In this document: one piece after another, positions 12,150 to 26,555 of the stretch
How the letters are laid out: each line of letters begins with the position of its first letter
Position numbering within the stretch: the stretch's first letter is position 1
DNA from: Ophelia neglecta
Lineage: Eukaryota
Reading direction: 5' to 3'
Length of the DNA: 64,000 nt
NCBI GenBank assembly: GCA_965285935.1
Contig: OZ260662.1
Span: forward strand, 3,472,001 to 3,536,000
The notes under the pieces: generated by a model
The model's database searches: none
What the model saw: the letters and a program-made list of their open reading frames with translations, nothing else
Told to the model about the DNA's origin: nothing
Position numbers and translations under genes: made by a program

Positions 12150-14450
12150 ATATTCTTGTCTTTTTTTGCAAAACAAATTTGGCATGTTTTAAGGAGTCAT
12201 GAAAAGCGCTCCTTACATTGACAAGATGTTGAGTGACTACATTATAGATATTCTGGGCATCTCCGAACATTGGCTTTTTCCAAATAGCGTTCACTGTCTC
12301 AATTCTATACGGCGTGACTATACAGGCTGGGGCATCACAGACACAACACTTAATCCACTGAACCCATGCAGGAGAGGAAAAGGAGGAATAGGATTCATGT
12401 GGAAGAACTCTCTATCAAAAGTGATAGACAAGCTCGATTTGCATGATGACAGAATTTGTCCTTATCCTTAAGAGAGGTTAAGCTCCTGGGCATGACGGAA
12501 TAACGAATGAATATTTTTTTAATTCGGAGGTGAGGCTCTCGTAGCAGCAGCTGTAAACCTGTTTAACCAGATATGGGAACCATCAATTGTGCCTAAAAAT
12601 ATGAAAGTGGGACATATAATTACAACATAGGAAAAATGACACCGGTATCACTCTATTACCAACCCTGTTTAAACTCCTTGAGAGAATCACACTAAAACGA
12701 TTTCTCTCGTGGTTAAAACAGTGCAACATCCAGTTCCCATACCCGGGGGCCTACCGGGAGATGAAAGCTGTACTGTGACGTCTTTCATTCTACAAGAAGG
12801 AGTCCGCTATAACTTGGAGCGTAGCTCTCCCGTATTTGGCTGAGTCCTGGATTCGGCCACTGCCTTTGATGTTGTGTGGCATAGGGACCTTTTTGTGAAA
12901 CGATATGAACTCGGTGTAGGATGCCAACTATGGCGCCTCTCCATGCAGCTTACACAGGCATGACTTGCCGGGTCAGGATAAAACGAAATCTGTCGTCGGA
13001 GATCCATGCTAGAAAGTCGGTACGCCAGGGGTCTGAATGGGCCCCAGCTCTTCATGTTTTTTAATGACGAGCTACTGCGCTCACTCCAGAACTCGGGCTG
13101 GGTTATTTCAGTGGCAGGGGAGTTTGTGAATGCCCGACTCAAGCTGATGACATTGTCCTTCTGTCCCTTTCTCCTAACGGCCTTGATGACAAATATTTGT
13201 TTTGAGTATGCAATGAAGTGGAGATTTTGCTTTAATTCTAGCAAATCACGCATTATTATCTTCGGCAATCCCAGTTTGAATCGTGCTTTATACGGTGAAT
13301 GGACCCTTGGAAATGACATTCCCGAGAGAGTAATATTCGAAACTCACGTAGGAGTGGATCTCCATCAGTCCTTTGTCTCGGCTGGGAGGACAAATAGTGA
13401 CTGGTCTAAGGGAAAGGGTTAAATGGCCTCGCTTTGTCGCCTGGGAGGATCGCCGCGCACTCTGGCCAAGCTGTATAACTCAGTTGTAAGACCGAGTGCA
13501 CTCTATTCGTGTGAACTCTGGGCACAGCTAACTAAAAAAGACATTCAGAAACTGGAAACTTTTCAACCTTTCTGCGCGAAGAAAAACCTTCGTCTCCGCG
13601 TTAGGTCTGACAATTAACATTCCCCGTCAGCAAAGCGGTGTTAATCGTGTCAAAAATCACCTCAGCTACGATCGTCACGCGTTGTCCGGGGAATGCATAA
13701 TTGTCTGGCATGGAGTAGGGATGCACATTTGGAACTGTGAATTATGCAAGTCGATCGCTAAATCCATTAACGAAATCAGTTCAAAGCATTTAATTATATT
13801 GTTATATTTATATTCATATATATTTCCATATTTATATTAATATTTATTTCCATATTTATATTAATATTTATTTCCATATTTATATTAATATTTATTTCCA
13901 TATTTATTTTCATTCACTTTCATATTTATTTTCATTTACTTTCATATTTATTTTCATTTACTTTCATATTTATTTTCATTTATTTCCATAATAGTATATA
14001 GTTGCCAACAGTTAAATAAAATGCTATTATAGTTGCTCACAATAGCCAGAGGACATTTGGTTTGACTAAACATTACTGATTTCTATATCATAGACTAATT
14101 CAGTCTGGTAATGGTATAATGTGTTCGGAAATGTTTAACAAATAACTTAAAGGTGTTTGCTATTATTCTGTTTTTCTCTCATAATTATTGAACCCTTCAG
14201 CAAGTGGAGGAATAAAAGTATATATTAAACAATAAGTAGACAACACCAAATAGCCCAAATTACTAAGCAAGAATGCTATATATGAAAACTGAAAGTGTCA
14301 GCAACTGTCTGGTACTGGCCCAGAAAAAAACATAAATGCTCAGTTCGGACACTGTCGGGGCCCCTGAAGTGACTTCACAAGGAGATATTACTAGGCCGGA
14401 GTAGTATGTATTGTTTTCTCTACTAACTGATTCGAATGATTTTATTTGAA
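12150..14450 (+). mobile_element. Decayed, internally deleted LINE (APE endonuclease plus RT remnants), copy 2
   Basis: ORF 12199 contains APE motifs DILGISEHWL and RGKGGIGFMWK. RT remnants include AFDVVWH (about 12862), VRQG-like (about 13018), ADD (about 13143), WRFCFNSSKS and SALYSCELW. The 3' tail is shared with copy 1. Confidence 0.85.
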
Positions 14451-14574
14451 ATCTGCGAACCCATGGAAGCCTGATGATTAGCCTAGAGAAAGAATACAAA
14501 AGCTGACATCATTTGACCATATACCTTTATTACATACATCATTACATAATGATGTCTGACATCTGCCGTCTGCT

Positions 14575-17500
14575 CTATCCCTCGCAGAAGGGGAAGCTAC
14601 CAGCCGTCTCCAAATAGTAGATCCCCAGGTTGTTGTACAGGTCTGAATCAAATCCCATTGTCTGCTGTACTGTTGGGTGAGTGGTACAAGAGCCCTGGGA
14701 AAAGACAAATAATAACTGTTTTTATCACCAGATGGAGCAAGCACTACATTCTGTGGTGGTTATTGGGATCGCCTATCGACCAAGGTAATTGTGCATTTCC
14801 ATTGACGAGGACAGGGACCTCTCTCTGCCACTCTCCACTGTAATACGAGCGGATAACGGCTGGACACACGAAACATGCCCTTTGAGCCGAATGCTTTTAC
14901 TCCCCTGGGTGTTGCAATGACTCACTAAAGAAATGAATGAGCAGGTGCATGTTCCAGGGGGTAAATTTACCTTCACGTGAACAAGCATAGCTCGTATCCA
15001 GACGTGGATTTGTACCCTTGAATATGCTCTGTCTATGTGCAAAATATTTTTATGGAAGGTGTACCTAGCTCTGGCTAGGAATGAAAATCGAAATACATCT
15101 TCATCCTACCAAAAATAAAGCTTCAAAACATTTTTCTTATTCTGTTGTACACTTAAGTACAAAAGTGAAAATGTGCTTTTGTGTTAACGCAAAAAATATG
15201 AAGTAGTTTCTTGACTATTTGAAGAGTTATTACACCAAACGGAGTGCAACTTAGCACACTTTTGAGATAGGTCAACAGTCTTTTTTAATGTATTTTCTGT
15301 CAATGCACAAATAATAAACAGCATGGTATTGGGACCACGGAGTTTATTGCCCATATTAAATAATACACTACCATGTTGCTTAAGAAGGGAACGGGAGTCA
15401 AAATTGTAATTCTTTCACAACCAAACATCGCATAACATGCCTAAACCATACACATTCGTAGTTGTTAATGAAAAGTAATGAATTTTTTAACCACTGTGCT
15501 AGAAGCTCATGGTTGCAAAACTGCCAAGAGAAAGCCCCTTAAAACCAGATTGTTGAATAACACTACTCACAGGGGTGTCCCAAGCGACGGTGCAGCTCTT
15601 ATGTGTGTTGAAACAGGGAGTGAGAATGGACTCTTCATAGAGGTCGAGTACTCGCATGTGACTACAGGCTGGCATCATATCTACGTAAAAAGACGGAAAG
15701 TGTAGTGATACGTTCTCAATAGTAGTAGGAGATCTTTCACTTCTGATGTTATTTGAAGTAGTATTATCTGAACCAAGTTTTGATATATTGGTAGTTCAGT
15801 ATTTATTAAAAAAAATTTCACCATGAATATACTTTGGTTGAAAAGTATTAAATCATATTGCCAAGATCCAACGAGCAACCAGGCTTATACAAAACAACAG
15901 ATCATGATATTAGAACAATGTCTTTATTTTAATAAACGAACATGTCATACGTCAAAGCTACTATAGAGCATGTTTAGATGTATTGAATTCTGATGGAAAA
16001 TTGCTGAGGTTTTCGCCGTGTCATTCGTTTGTAGGTGGAAGGGTGTATATGAATTTTTGTGTGTTGTAAGTGGTTTATTGTGGTGGTGGTGGGGGTGGGG
16101 GGTGGGTGGGTGATGGGGACGGTCAAACTGTTTATTATATATTATTAATTGAACTTACCAACATATTGAGAGGGATATTTCTCCGTATGAAAGTTCTTCC
16201 AGTCGTCGGAGACTTTGTAGAGCGGGTCGAGCACACACTCCGGCTGACGGCCCCCTCCGTTGGGGTAGAAGTCGACGTCCGCCAGGGGCTTCATGGTGCC
16301 CAGGTTCATGAGGATGTTGGCCTCTCCGTTAGTGTGAATAGCGTCCACTCGAGTGGCACGACTCGGGTTTAGACCATTACTCCAGTCCCGGCCCTCGAAC
16401 CACGGGCCAGCAGGGTCCATCCCTGGCAAATACACATATGTAGGATTAAGTCAGGCAATATCAAACATCTTTACAATCCCCACTGTTAGTCCACGCACAT
16501 TGTCAAGACAAGCACTTTTTGCATCGTTTTATACCGCGCAGTATGTAGCCCGGATTACTTGCTGCGCGGTATTAAACGGTGGACGAAATTACACTACTTC
16601 TCCCTACACAGCATGAATTCTCATATCATTCGAGGGAATAATTCTGTATAAAACGAAAGTTAATGCATATTAAATGTATTCTTTCCGCCTGATTTTAATG
16701 TTACCTGTGATATACTGCTGTTTACTATAAAACCGAAATATTGTACCACGCTAATGCTTTTGAGAAACGAGGCTTTTTTCAAAGTTCAATACTATGCAGG
16801 AATGGAAATCTAGATATACAACCGGTTTCTAATATATTATGTGGAAAACCACAAATATTGAATAATAAAAATGGATTAAAATTCAATTTGTTATATGACA
16901 ATTTGTCAAATGGATCGAGTGGCATGGTTCTTGATGAGTATGACCTGATTAAACAGAATTTGGACAAATTTATTGGACACTTTATGATTATGTATTTCGC
17001 ACGTTGTCAAACCGTTTTTCTTGCCGTTTTGTTGCGTCCGATTTGTAGCCTATCAACTCGCTTCTTCCCGTAGCGCTTCTTAATACACATAGAACCAACA
17101 TACCTGTAACTCTGCCGAAGTCGCCGGTGGTCCGTCCGCCCATCTGGCCACAGACGTGGGACCCCAAGCTGTGTCCCGTACAATACATGTTCGCCGGAGT
17201 GGCTCCTGCGTGCCTAGCAAAGGGGAGTGGGCATTAATATGGGAAATCGGGCTTTATCCAAATTGTATTATCTTAAACACCCGATAGAGATAAATATTAC
17301 AGAGCTTTAAATACTTCTGAAACTTCTTTCCGCTATACGTTGGACCCAGTCAACCCACGAATAACCTTGACCTGGGGACATGGTATCCCCAAATTTAATT
17401 TTGCCCTGTAACAGATCTCCAGTAATTTGCTTACGTTCTCTAAATTTGAAATTCTCTCATATACATTTATAAACAAATTTCAGTGGTGAAACAGTTAATT

Positions 17501-20182
17501 AAGTGATGGAAGCCTAGGTGAACCAGTAATTTATACAAATAATCATGTGTTGAATCTAGATGGCATTTTTTACTAATGTATAAATTAGATAAAGAAAGTT
17601 ATTTAACCTGTACTGATGACTCCTCTTATACCCAAGTACGAAGTCATCTTCTAAGCTAGCAATGTCTCTGGGTGTCTCATTTTCATATAAGTCGAGTTAA
17701 TACCTAACACTGTCTTATTCATACAAGTCGAGGTTGTCTAAAGCCGGTGGATCCATTTATTTTCATAGATGTTTTTAGCAATCTACATAAGGAACCCCCG
17801 CAGCTGCTATCCATGTTTGCGCGTCAAACAAACAAATATACCTGCGAACCGTACAAAAATTATACTCATTAACACCTTCCACTCCTCACCCCACACAGAG
17901 ATCAAGAGCTCACACCTTGCCCCAAGTTCTGTTTAGGCCTTATTTATGTTGTACTTACGTCACCAGGTTATCCGCGACCTTTGCCATCCAGGCGCCGACC
18001 ACCTGCGTATCGCTGGCGGCCTGGGGGTACCAGATCTGCATGGACCCTCCGGACCAGCCTGTCACCACCACGTTGTAATTACCCTAAAACGAGCCAGCAA
18101 AAACAATTATCAGCTCATATTGAATTAAGGAAGTTTATATATGTTCATTATTCAAATCATTTATTTATATGGTGGCAAAAGATATCCAAAAAATTCCAAC
18201 AAAATAATTATGTTAAATCGGTTGAGCCTTAGAAGATAGGACTTATATTAACAATGTGTATATATTAAACTGACATATGTTATTTTGACTTTTAATCTGA
18301 CTTCACCATGATTTTATAACCGTTCTTTTTTTGTCTTAAAGCGACAGTTGTTATCCATTGTTATTGATTAGTGCAAGGTTACCTTTAAAAGCATGGTAAG
18401 CATTTCTCTTTACCTTTTATAGGCATCGGGGATCATATTTGATTACATATATACTCTTGTAAAGGTTAGTAGTAGGCCCGCCATTGGTAAAATAGTTAGA
18501 AGGCACGTCATACTCTACGTAGAGGGGGCAACCAGGCGTATAAAATAGGTCATAAAACACGCCATACAAAGGCAGGTCAGGCGTATTGGAGGTAGAAATA
18601 ACGATCTACCTGCTCACACGATTACAAGAGGGGCACGCCAACCTTATATAGAGTTAGGTAGAAGGTTGCCCCATATGTATCAATGTAAATAGACAGGCGC
18701 TAGATACTAATAACGGTGAATAAAAAAGAATGCTATGCGAATAAAATAATTAATATGTAACCTATAGCAAAATAGTAGGTAGAGAGTGCGGCCTGAGTAA
18801 TGATACTTATTTAGTTAAGGCAATAATGTCGACCTACCCTTATAAGCATGGCATCCTTCATCCTATGCATCCAACGGTTATGACGACTCCCCGTGAAGCC
18901 ATGGACGATGAAAATGGTCCGCAGAGAGCCGTCAAATGCAGGTCTGCAAGCAATTAATCGAGTTTTTTATGCGTCATGCGGATCGGATAGTATTATTTGG
19001 TTTAATTCGTCACATTACTCAGCAGGATAGAGTTTTTGATACAAGTTCACAGCATTTTATTCGAATTTGTGAAGATGCATTACCAAATAAACCGTATTGA
19101 AAACGGCGTTATTGCTATAATAATGCAAGCTATGTTTTAATTATTGTCAGAATTATATAAAATGGTTACTATTGAAAACGTGACGCCCATTCAACTGGTA
19201 ACAATAAATTTAGAATTTTATGGATACTTATTAAAGAAATGGTGGATATGATATATAGTTAAATCTTATTATTTGTTTATCTTTGTTGGTAAGCTGGTAA
19301 AGAGAGTGTAATGCAATGATTAAAATAATGTCGCCGTTTTGCCGCAGATTATTAAAAAATAATACTTTTCATGTGTTTAAGTTAAAGATGGTGTATTTTT
19401 TGGCAATTATAAGCAAAAACAATTACTGTCAGCGCATGAACACCCGACAGTAGTACTCACGGGACTGTAGTCGGGGTAACCACCTGGCCTTGTTCAGGGT
19501 TGGAGCGCGTGTACACCCTCATGGACACCTGAACGTCCTCGGGGCACTCTGGGAGAGGCATGTTATCAAACGGGTAAGCATTGTCAAAGCACCCCACCAC
19601 GGGACAGCATATTTGGTCAACTGCCCTGCAGGTATCCGACAAATAATACAATGACTTAGTAGCGCACCTTGAATATACTAGTCTACAGATCTCATATTGG
19701 ATTACAATCGAACATGGTGTTTATCTACATACTACGTTATAACGCTCTCTAAGCGTTACTGGAACAAACTAAATCGAACGATATATTTATGTTCACAATT
19801 TTTTTTTTCTAATTCACACTGTCAATAGACTCTGGCTAACACTCACGATTACAATAAAATATGGGAAAAAGGTATAATATAAACTCTGGCGTTTGAATGT
19901 GGCATGATATACGATAAACAGGTGATGTTTTCGTAATATTCTACAAAAAACGTCAATAGTGACTTTACATATCCGAGTGCACAGACATGTTATGAATCAT
20001 AATACATTTAGCATTTAATGGTACAATAAGCATAACATATAAATAATGAATATATGTCGTATATATAAAAAGTATATGTCATCTTTATGTAAATATCAAC
20101 GTTCCGTTATTAACGCAAAACTAGTAAATGTATATACGTACCAAATGGGACTCACTAAGCCGATCAGAATAAGCGCCCACAT
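14575..20182 (-). CDS. Secreted pancreatic-lipase-family triacylglycerol lipase/phospholipase A1-like protein (346 aa, 8 exons, no PLAT domain)
   Basis: Exons 20182-20142, 19625-19461, 18943-18838, 18083-17959, 17213-17104, 16422-16159, 15680-15571, 14694-14575, spliced in frame. Signal MWALILIGLVSPIWA; motifs IVHGF, GHSLG (Ser), GMDPAGP (Asp), VDAIHT, DFYPNGG.RQP.C, ACSH (His); ends YYLETAGSFPFCEG*. Confidence 0.92.
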
Positions 20183-21119
20183 ATTTCAAATGGCGGGTCT
20201 GAATTTGCCCTCGACAAAACTATAAGGTGATCGAGCCGTGAATTTATCACCTGCTCAGGCCTAAGAACGATGATAAGGTTTTCTAAAGAATCCGACCAAA
20301 TACTTCTGCATGGTAAAACAGACATCGGCAGTCAAAAGCTACAATTTGTCACCTGTTTGGGCCTAAGTACGATGATAAGATTTCCTTAAAGGCTCGTCGA
20401 AGGTTACACCGCCATTTGCCCTCATTTCAACACGTAAACTGGTCTCATCACATACGTTTAAAACTAGAATGATATTTTTAGTAGATGTTATCTTGAACTG
20501 GTGGTCTGTTCCCATGGAAATTTTCAAATGTCTAAACATGTGTTTACCTCTACCCGCTGGATAAATAGCTCTATTTGTGTCATAACTTTTTTCATCGAGA
20601 TACCAAACATTCCATTAGCAACAAAAAAGTTCTTTGGTTCCTGTTCCGATATTGATAAGCCTCTTTATTCATGCAAAGACCAAGTCTCAGATTTCAAATT
20701 TCCTTGCCATTGTAACACATTTTACTTATTTTGTTGAACGTTTGTTGAAATCCCCTTCTTTGAACGTCCCCTCAGACTTTCTAAGCCTCTTAACCTTACG
20801 CCAATCCGGTCATGTCTGGTAATCTATGTGTAAATATCGTCCCTTGGGTCTTACTGTCCAAATTTTCAGTCCACTGGAATTTACAACCAGTTGAACTGGC
20901 TTGGTGGACCCCTACAGTAGCAAAGTCTGGCCCAAGCCTCTTGGATGCATGTAATGGGCAGGGGTTGAGGAGGAGCCAGTTTGCTTGGAGTATCTTCCCG
21001 GCGGGGGGAGGGGGGGGGGCAGGGGGGGGGGAGGGGGCAGTCTTATTTCCAACCATACTGGGTATATGCCACCAGAAAGGATGTAAATTTGCCCTTTCGC
21101 TTGTTTAATGAACAGAGAG

Positions 21120-21440
21120 ACCCCATTGCGTCATCAGCGACGCCAGAGGAGACTAGTTCAGAGGTCAGCGGACTCTGTGCACAACATTGGCATGACGGCC
21201 ACCCTAGTTCAAATGTCAGGGAGACACTCATTGCGTCATGAAAGTCGAAACATGATGCCCCCCCCCCCCTAGTCTTAGGACCATGAAGATTCTCATAACG
21301 CCTCAGGACGCCGCCAAGGAGAGTCACTCTCGTTCAAAGATCTTGAACACTCTCATTACGTCATGAACGCCGCCAGGGAGAACCACTCTAGTTCTAAGAT
21401 CAGTGACACCCTTATAACGTCATGAACGCCGCCAGGGAGA
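21120..21440. repeat. Degenerate ~55-60-bp tandem repeat
   Basis: Recurrent CATT[GA]CGTCATGAACGCCGCCAGGGAG..CACTCTAGTTC motif, about 5 copies. Confidence 0.55.
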
Positions 21441-21922
21441 GCTAATCTAACTGCGTCGAAAGTAGTGAAAATCCATCTCTATATTTACTTAGCTAACAGT
21501 GTTTTCTGTAGTTAACGCCGAGGTCGCTTGAACATTTATATGGCCCAAGAATGTTTTTGATGGGTTTACTTGTCAGGGCCATGCCCACTGCTTATTATTA
21601 TAAACATGGGACATGTTAATATTAAATTAAATAATAATACACATTGAAAAAAACTGTTTCTGGCTACGCGTTTATTATGATTTGCAATGTTAAGTTATAT
21701 ATGCCCAGACAATATACTTGGTTGTATGTCATACACAAACTATTTCTTTCTAACGGAATACAGTTCGCTACCTGGTCTTATCACCTTAAGATATTATTGT
21801 TAATGACCTTGTACCAGCATTTCTACCGATAAGATTGGCTCTGTAAAAGCTTGTTCCATTTGTTTGACAGAACAATATACTAATATTTATATATTGCTTT
21901 GGATAACAACCGAGGCGAAAAT

Positions 21923-24900
21923 ATGATTACTTCTCTCATATTAAGGTAGGTCTGGCCAACTTTGATTAACATAAACGTTAGAACAATTACACAACGAAAA
22001 ATAGAAGAGTTAAGATAATTACATCGATAGATACGTTATAATGTATGAGTTTCTTTTTGTACCAAGCGAAATCTCTTCATAACAATGTGTCTTGATAGGG
22101 CTGATTCAGCACCTCTCAAAATGAAAACTAACAGACAAATAAAACATTTGATCGAGAATGATAACTATATAGAGGTCAAAATTATGAGCCGTAAACTGTA
22201 ACACAAAACATTACATTCGAGTAAAACAACATTAAAACAACTCGAAAAAAGATATTTAAAAAGTCAAACATCGCTATGGGCATATAGCATCAAGTCGTAC
22301 TTTATGACTTTAGACTTACGACTTTAGACTTTGTGGAGAAACAAAATGCGTTTAACCGATAATTTCCGCGACACTTTCGCTAATAAATTATAGGCCAATG
22401 ACACCATAGTATTACACTGTCCACAACGTCCACTGATGAGTAATATGGAGTTTTGGAACTATAAATTGATTTTCATCGACCATCTGATTGATTTTATCTG
22501 ATAAGCTTTGAATCTGTTTTCAGTTAAAAATGGCCTACCCCAAAAATGTTGTTTTTGTCTTTCAGCCTGTTTGTTTTGGCCAATGGAATTCAAGCGGTTC
22601 CGGTAGGAACTCTATACAACTGTCAATATATTTGGTCTATATAACTGTAGACCTAAAATAAGTTAAATATGTACAAGAGGTTTAATGCATGCCATTTTTA
22701 CCTAAAAGCAACATTTGAAATTTCACGCATTCGCGCTATTTTGTAGCAATAACCGTTTAATTTATTGAATCTTCTACTAATTCATAATTCAAATGCTATT
22801 TACGTTTGGTACTTATTAGTGCATGACCTACGCAACTGGGAGATGGCGCTACCATCGAAAACAAGTGCTAGTGCGACGAACTAATTCAAATGTCTTTCTT
22901 TTAGTGGAATTATGACATAAGTATGAACGCACTGCTCCAGGGAATGACCCTAAGTGGTGGTGACGTCATCCAGCTCTACGTCACTGGTGAGGAACACATT
23001 TATTAATTCAGTCGATAAAACAAGCCGCGAGTATGAGTGCTTTAGCTAGAACAAAATAAGAACGCATTACATACAAGACATATCCTCACAACTCAGAATC
23101 ATAGGGCAGAAAACGGGAGTTGATACCCGGCCGATAAGGCAACAAATTAATAAAAATAACCCATTAAATCTGTCCGAACTCATTATGAATCACCAGCAGC
23201 AGGTCCACAATCACTCTTAGAACACAGTTATATCAAACTTCGCCTAACACAGTTGCTAAGTAGAAGTAGGTCGAATCCTATAGCATATCGACTTCTTGTG
23301 TCTTGTTGTGAATTTATAGATCCACTACTTGTCCAACATATTTATCTAATTACTGTGTTCGTCAATTCTATCGAATACTATGCTCGACTAGCATATCATT
23401 CCCTTATTGCAACACTAGAACAAAGATGGCATAAATACTATGAGTTATTTCATCTCCTTTTTCAGTTTTATCTATTTTTTTCACTTCCATAATTGTGAAC
23501 TAGTTTAGGAAGGTAGGCTTGAAGTGGCCCTCCATCATATGAATTCACTATAACAATTGCCGTGTATTTTAATTAATATCATACAATCAAATGGGTAATT
23601 TTTTGCAATAAGAGACACCATTGATGTATTTAGAAGCTGAGCCCTGTATCGAGGCCGGGCGGTTCGCTGTCACCATGGAGCTCCAGCAGCCGGTCGGCAG
23701 CTGGAAGGGGATCAAGCTACACCCATTCGCTGACAATAAAAATGGTCACCTTATGTTGGAGATTCAAGGCACTCAGGTAAACTTAATGTTCACAATTCTA
23801 AGTTATGTCTCGATGAAATATGATTGTGGTGCGCCTATGCCCGGGAGTGGTGGCATATAATATTTGAACAAAAGTAGTGTTATTGTTGAACGTATAGGAG
23901 AAAGTATGTATTTTGTCTATACAAAAATATTGAATTCCAAATTTGCTACCGCAGTCCACTTCCCAAAACTTACATGTGCGCCTGCGCGATGGATACTCAT
24001 AATGAGTAACTATAAAAACCAAATCTATAATAAATTGCTTGTTGACCACGCTCGGTTACATCCGGCGTTTAATACTTATTATATTGATTTACTGCAGAGC
24101 ACGTATGAGACCCACATCCTGCATTCCCAGCTCTCGCTGAACGACTTCGTCCTGTGGAAGGATAAGGCAGTCGGCGGCCAATCGGCCATGTACAGAATCA
24201 TGTTCGCTGAGAGAGACTTCGTGGCTGGCAACCTGTACAGGTCAGATTGGCTTTTGAAAACTGTCGACTTTGTCTTTAGATCATTGTATTATACCATAAA
24301 TCAGGGTTATAGATGTATGTTGAAGGTTGCAGGGACCTAACTAAAATCCCTATCTCTTACATGTTAAATCGCGATCATTTTTTCACCTCTTTACGTCCAT
24401 ATTGGTGCCATTATATTGTTAACATAGCTGTTACATATGTGTTCAACAACAGAACTTAAGGGGGGCTGATTCCTATAAAGTCAAACTCTTTTCAGTCATA
24501 CACGTCAAGTTAGTTAGTGGGTGGTGGGGCAATATGCTGACCACCAATCCGCCACCACCTTCGGGTATGTTACTACTGAATCATCTGAATACCCATACAC
24601 CATGTGTCACCACTGGTCTTGTGACTCCTAAGCCATCTGAACACCCAACCAGGTGTCACCACTGGTCATGTTACTCCTAAACCATCTGAACACACACAAG
24701 GTGTCACTGCCGGTCATGTACTAAGCCTTCTGAACACCCAAACCAGGTGACACCAATGTTCATTTTACTCCTAAACCATCTGAACACAAGGTGTCACTGC
24801 CGGTCATGTACTATGCCTTCTGAACACCCAAACCAGGTGTAACACCGGATCATTTGATCCCTGGCTGCAAAGACCGCCGTACTCACAACACTAGGACATC

Positions 24901-25410
24901 AATACCAATGATAACGACAATGATTTATTGGTCTAGCAGTACAATAAAGTACAGAACCTGTAAGGGGATAAGATATACCAGTATTATGAGACCGCCGGAC
25001 GAAATAATCCAGGAGTCTGGGTCCGAAATAAACTAGCGTTCCTAGTACGGCGGATTTATAATAGCACTGCTTCTAGACCGGGAGGTGTCTGGGTATGGTC
25101 AAGGGTTTATATTGTCCGGGGGACCTTCCAGTCAGGGGACTCCCACCCAAACTTTAACCCCAGGAGGCATAAAAACACAAACGCTTTTGGGCCAGGAAAC
25201 TACTGTACCTTCTAGCAATGGATCACTCGTCCAAGTACTTAATCATCTTCGGCGTAGGGAGGGGCCAAATAATAAGAGGGCTCTGCTACATGAAACCGTA
25301 TGAATACCGCAGGCGAGAGGCTTTCTCGATACCTGTCGGTCTGGGTTAAAGTTCGAAGCCTTTATTCATCAGTCTTTGTTTGTTTTAGGTTTGTGTGGAC
25401 TGCCGATTAG
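21923..25410 (+). CDS. Unknown secreted protein family, paralogue B (149 aa, 6 exons)
   Basis: Exons 21923-21945, 22566-22602, 22905-22986, 23634-23776, 24098-24240, 25389-25410: MITSLILSLFVLANGIQAVPWNYDISMNALLQGMTLSGGDVIQLYVTEAEPCIEAGRFAVTMELQQPVGSWKGIKLHPFADNKNGHLMLEIQGTQSTYETHILHSQLSLNDFVLWKDKAVGGQSAMYRIMFAERDFVAGNLYRFVWTAD*. AATAAA near 25461. Confidence 0.85.
24570..24850. repeat. ~45-bp tandem repeat in the last intron of paralogue B
   Basis: About 6 copies of CCATCTGAACACCCAACCAGGTGTCACCACTGGTCATGTTACTCCTAA-like units. Confidence 0.75.
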
Positions 25411-26555
25411 AGACAGCAACACCAAGTGGAGTTTTTTAATAGGCTCAATGTATTGTATATAATAAACTGAATGAATTGTTGACCCTCCGTGTCCAATCAT
25501 CAATCCAGTTGATATATCGCCCTCAGTAAACGACTAATATGATAGAGGATCGTTCAAGTGGAGATACAAGCACAACATTTCCAGGAAATACTCTATTATA
25601 TGTATATATATTCAAAATTAAGTGTAAGCTTTTACCTTTAAAATTTTATAAAGATTTTCAATTTGCTTCAATTATTTTATTGTTAATACCCCCAAAGGGT
25701 CAGGAAACCATCTTTAATATGCATATTTTTAAATCGGTTGTTAGCCACTTTGATCTTTCAATATTGCCTCCATTTTTTAAATGGCCGCCATTTGACTTAT
25801 AATAAAATCGACTTGTTTATTAACTTTAATCCTTTTGATGATAAAAACAACAAACCTTCAGGAAATACACTTTGGTAAGCATATATGTATTTAATATCAG
25901 CCAATTTCAATTTTCAAGAACACCGCTGTTTCCAAGATTGCCGCCAATTGACATTCAAAGAATACGATGAATAGAAAAGTTCTTTTTTCTGATAAAATCC
26001 CTAACACTCCAGGAAAAAATCTTTAGAATGCGTGTTTTCAAACTCAATTGTAAGCCATTTCTAAGAGGACAGTCATTTGCAAGAAGTCTGCAATGCCTAG
26101 CGTCAGACACTAATAGTAGTTTGTTAAGAAATAACATAGATTACTTCCAAATATCATAAAGCTCACCTGTTTTTTCGTTTTATTAGATTAAATGATAACA
26201 GAGAAACAAAATGTACATGGCCATATTCCCAGCTGGGGAGTTTTTCATGATATCTAATACTTAATTTGTTTATCATTTTTCCTGGAGCATTAGGTTAGGA
26301 CAATTTATTTGACAAGTTATTTACGTGGATAAGAACTCTATATTTGTTCAAAGGTTCAAGGTTTCATTCGATATCCACGTCTGATAAGCATCTGTTGTTC
26401 TTACTTTTTTCCTGGCGAAACATTGCGCTGTTGTTCACGAGCTTCGTATATCGAACACCGCGACCTTGTTATCATTAAATGATACAATTAGGCATTTGCT
26501 GAGGCTAATAGTTTTAAGGAGGCTCAAGGCATTTGAGAAAATCGCATCGGTAAAG

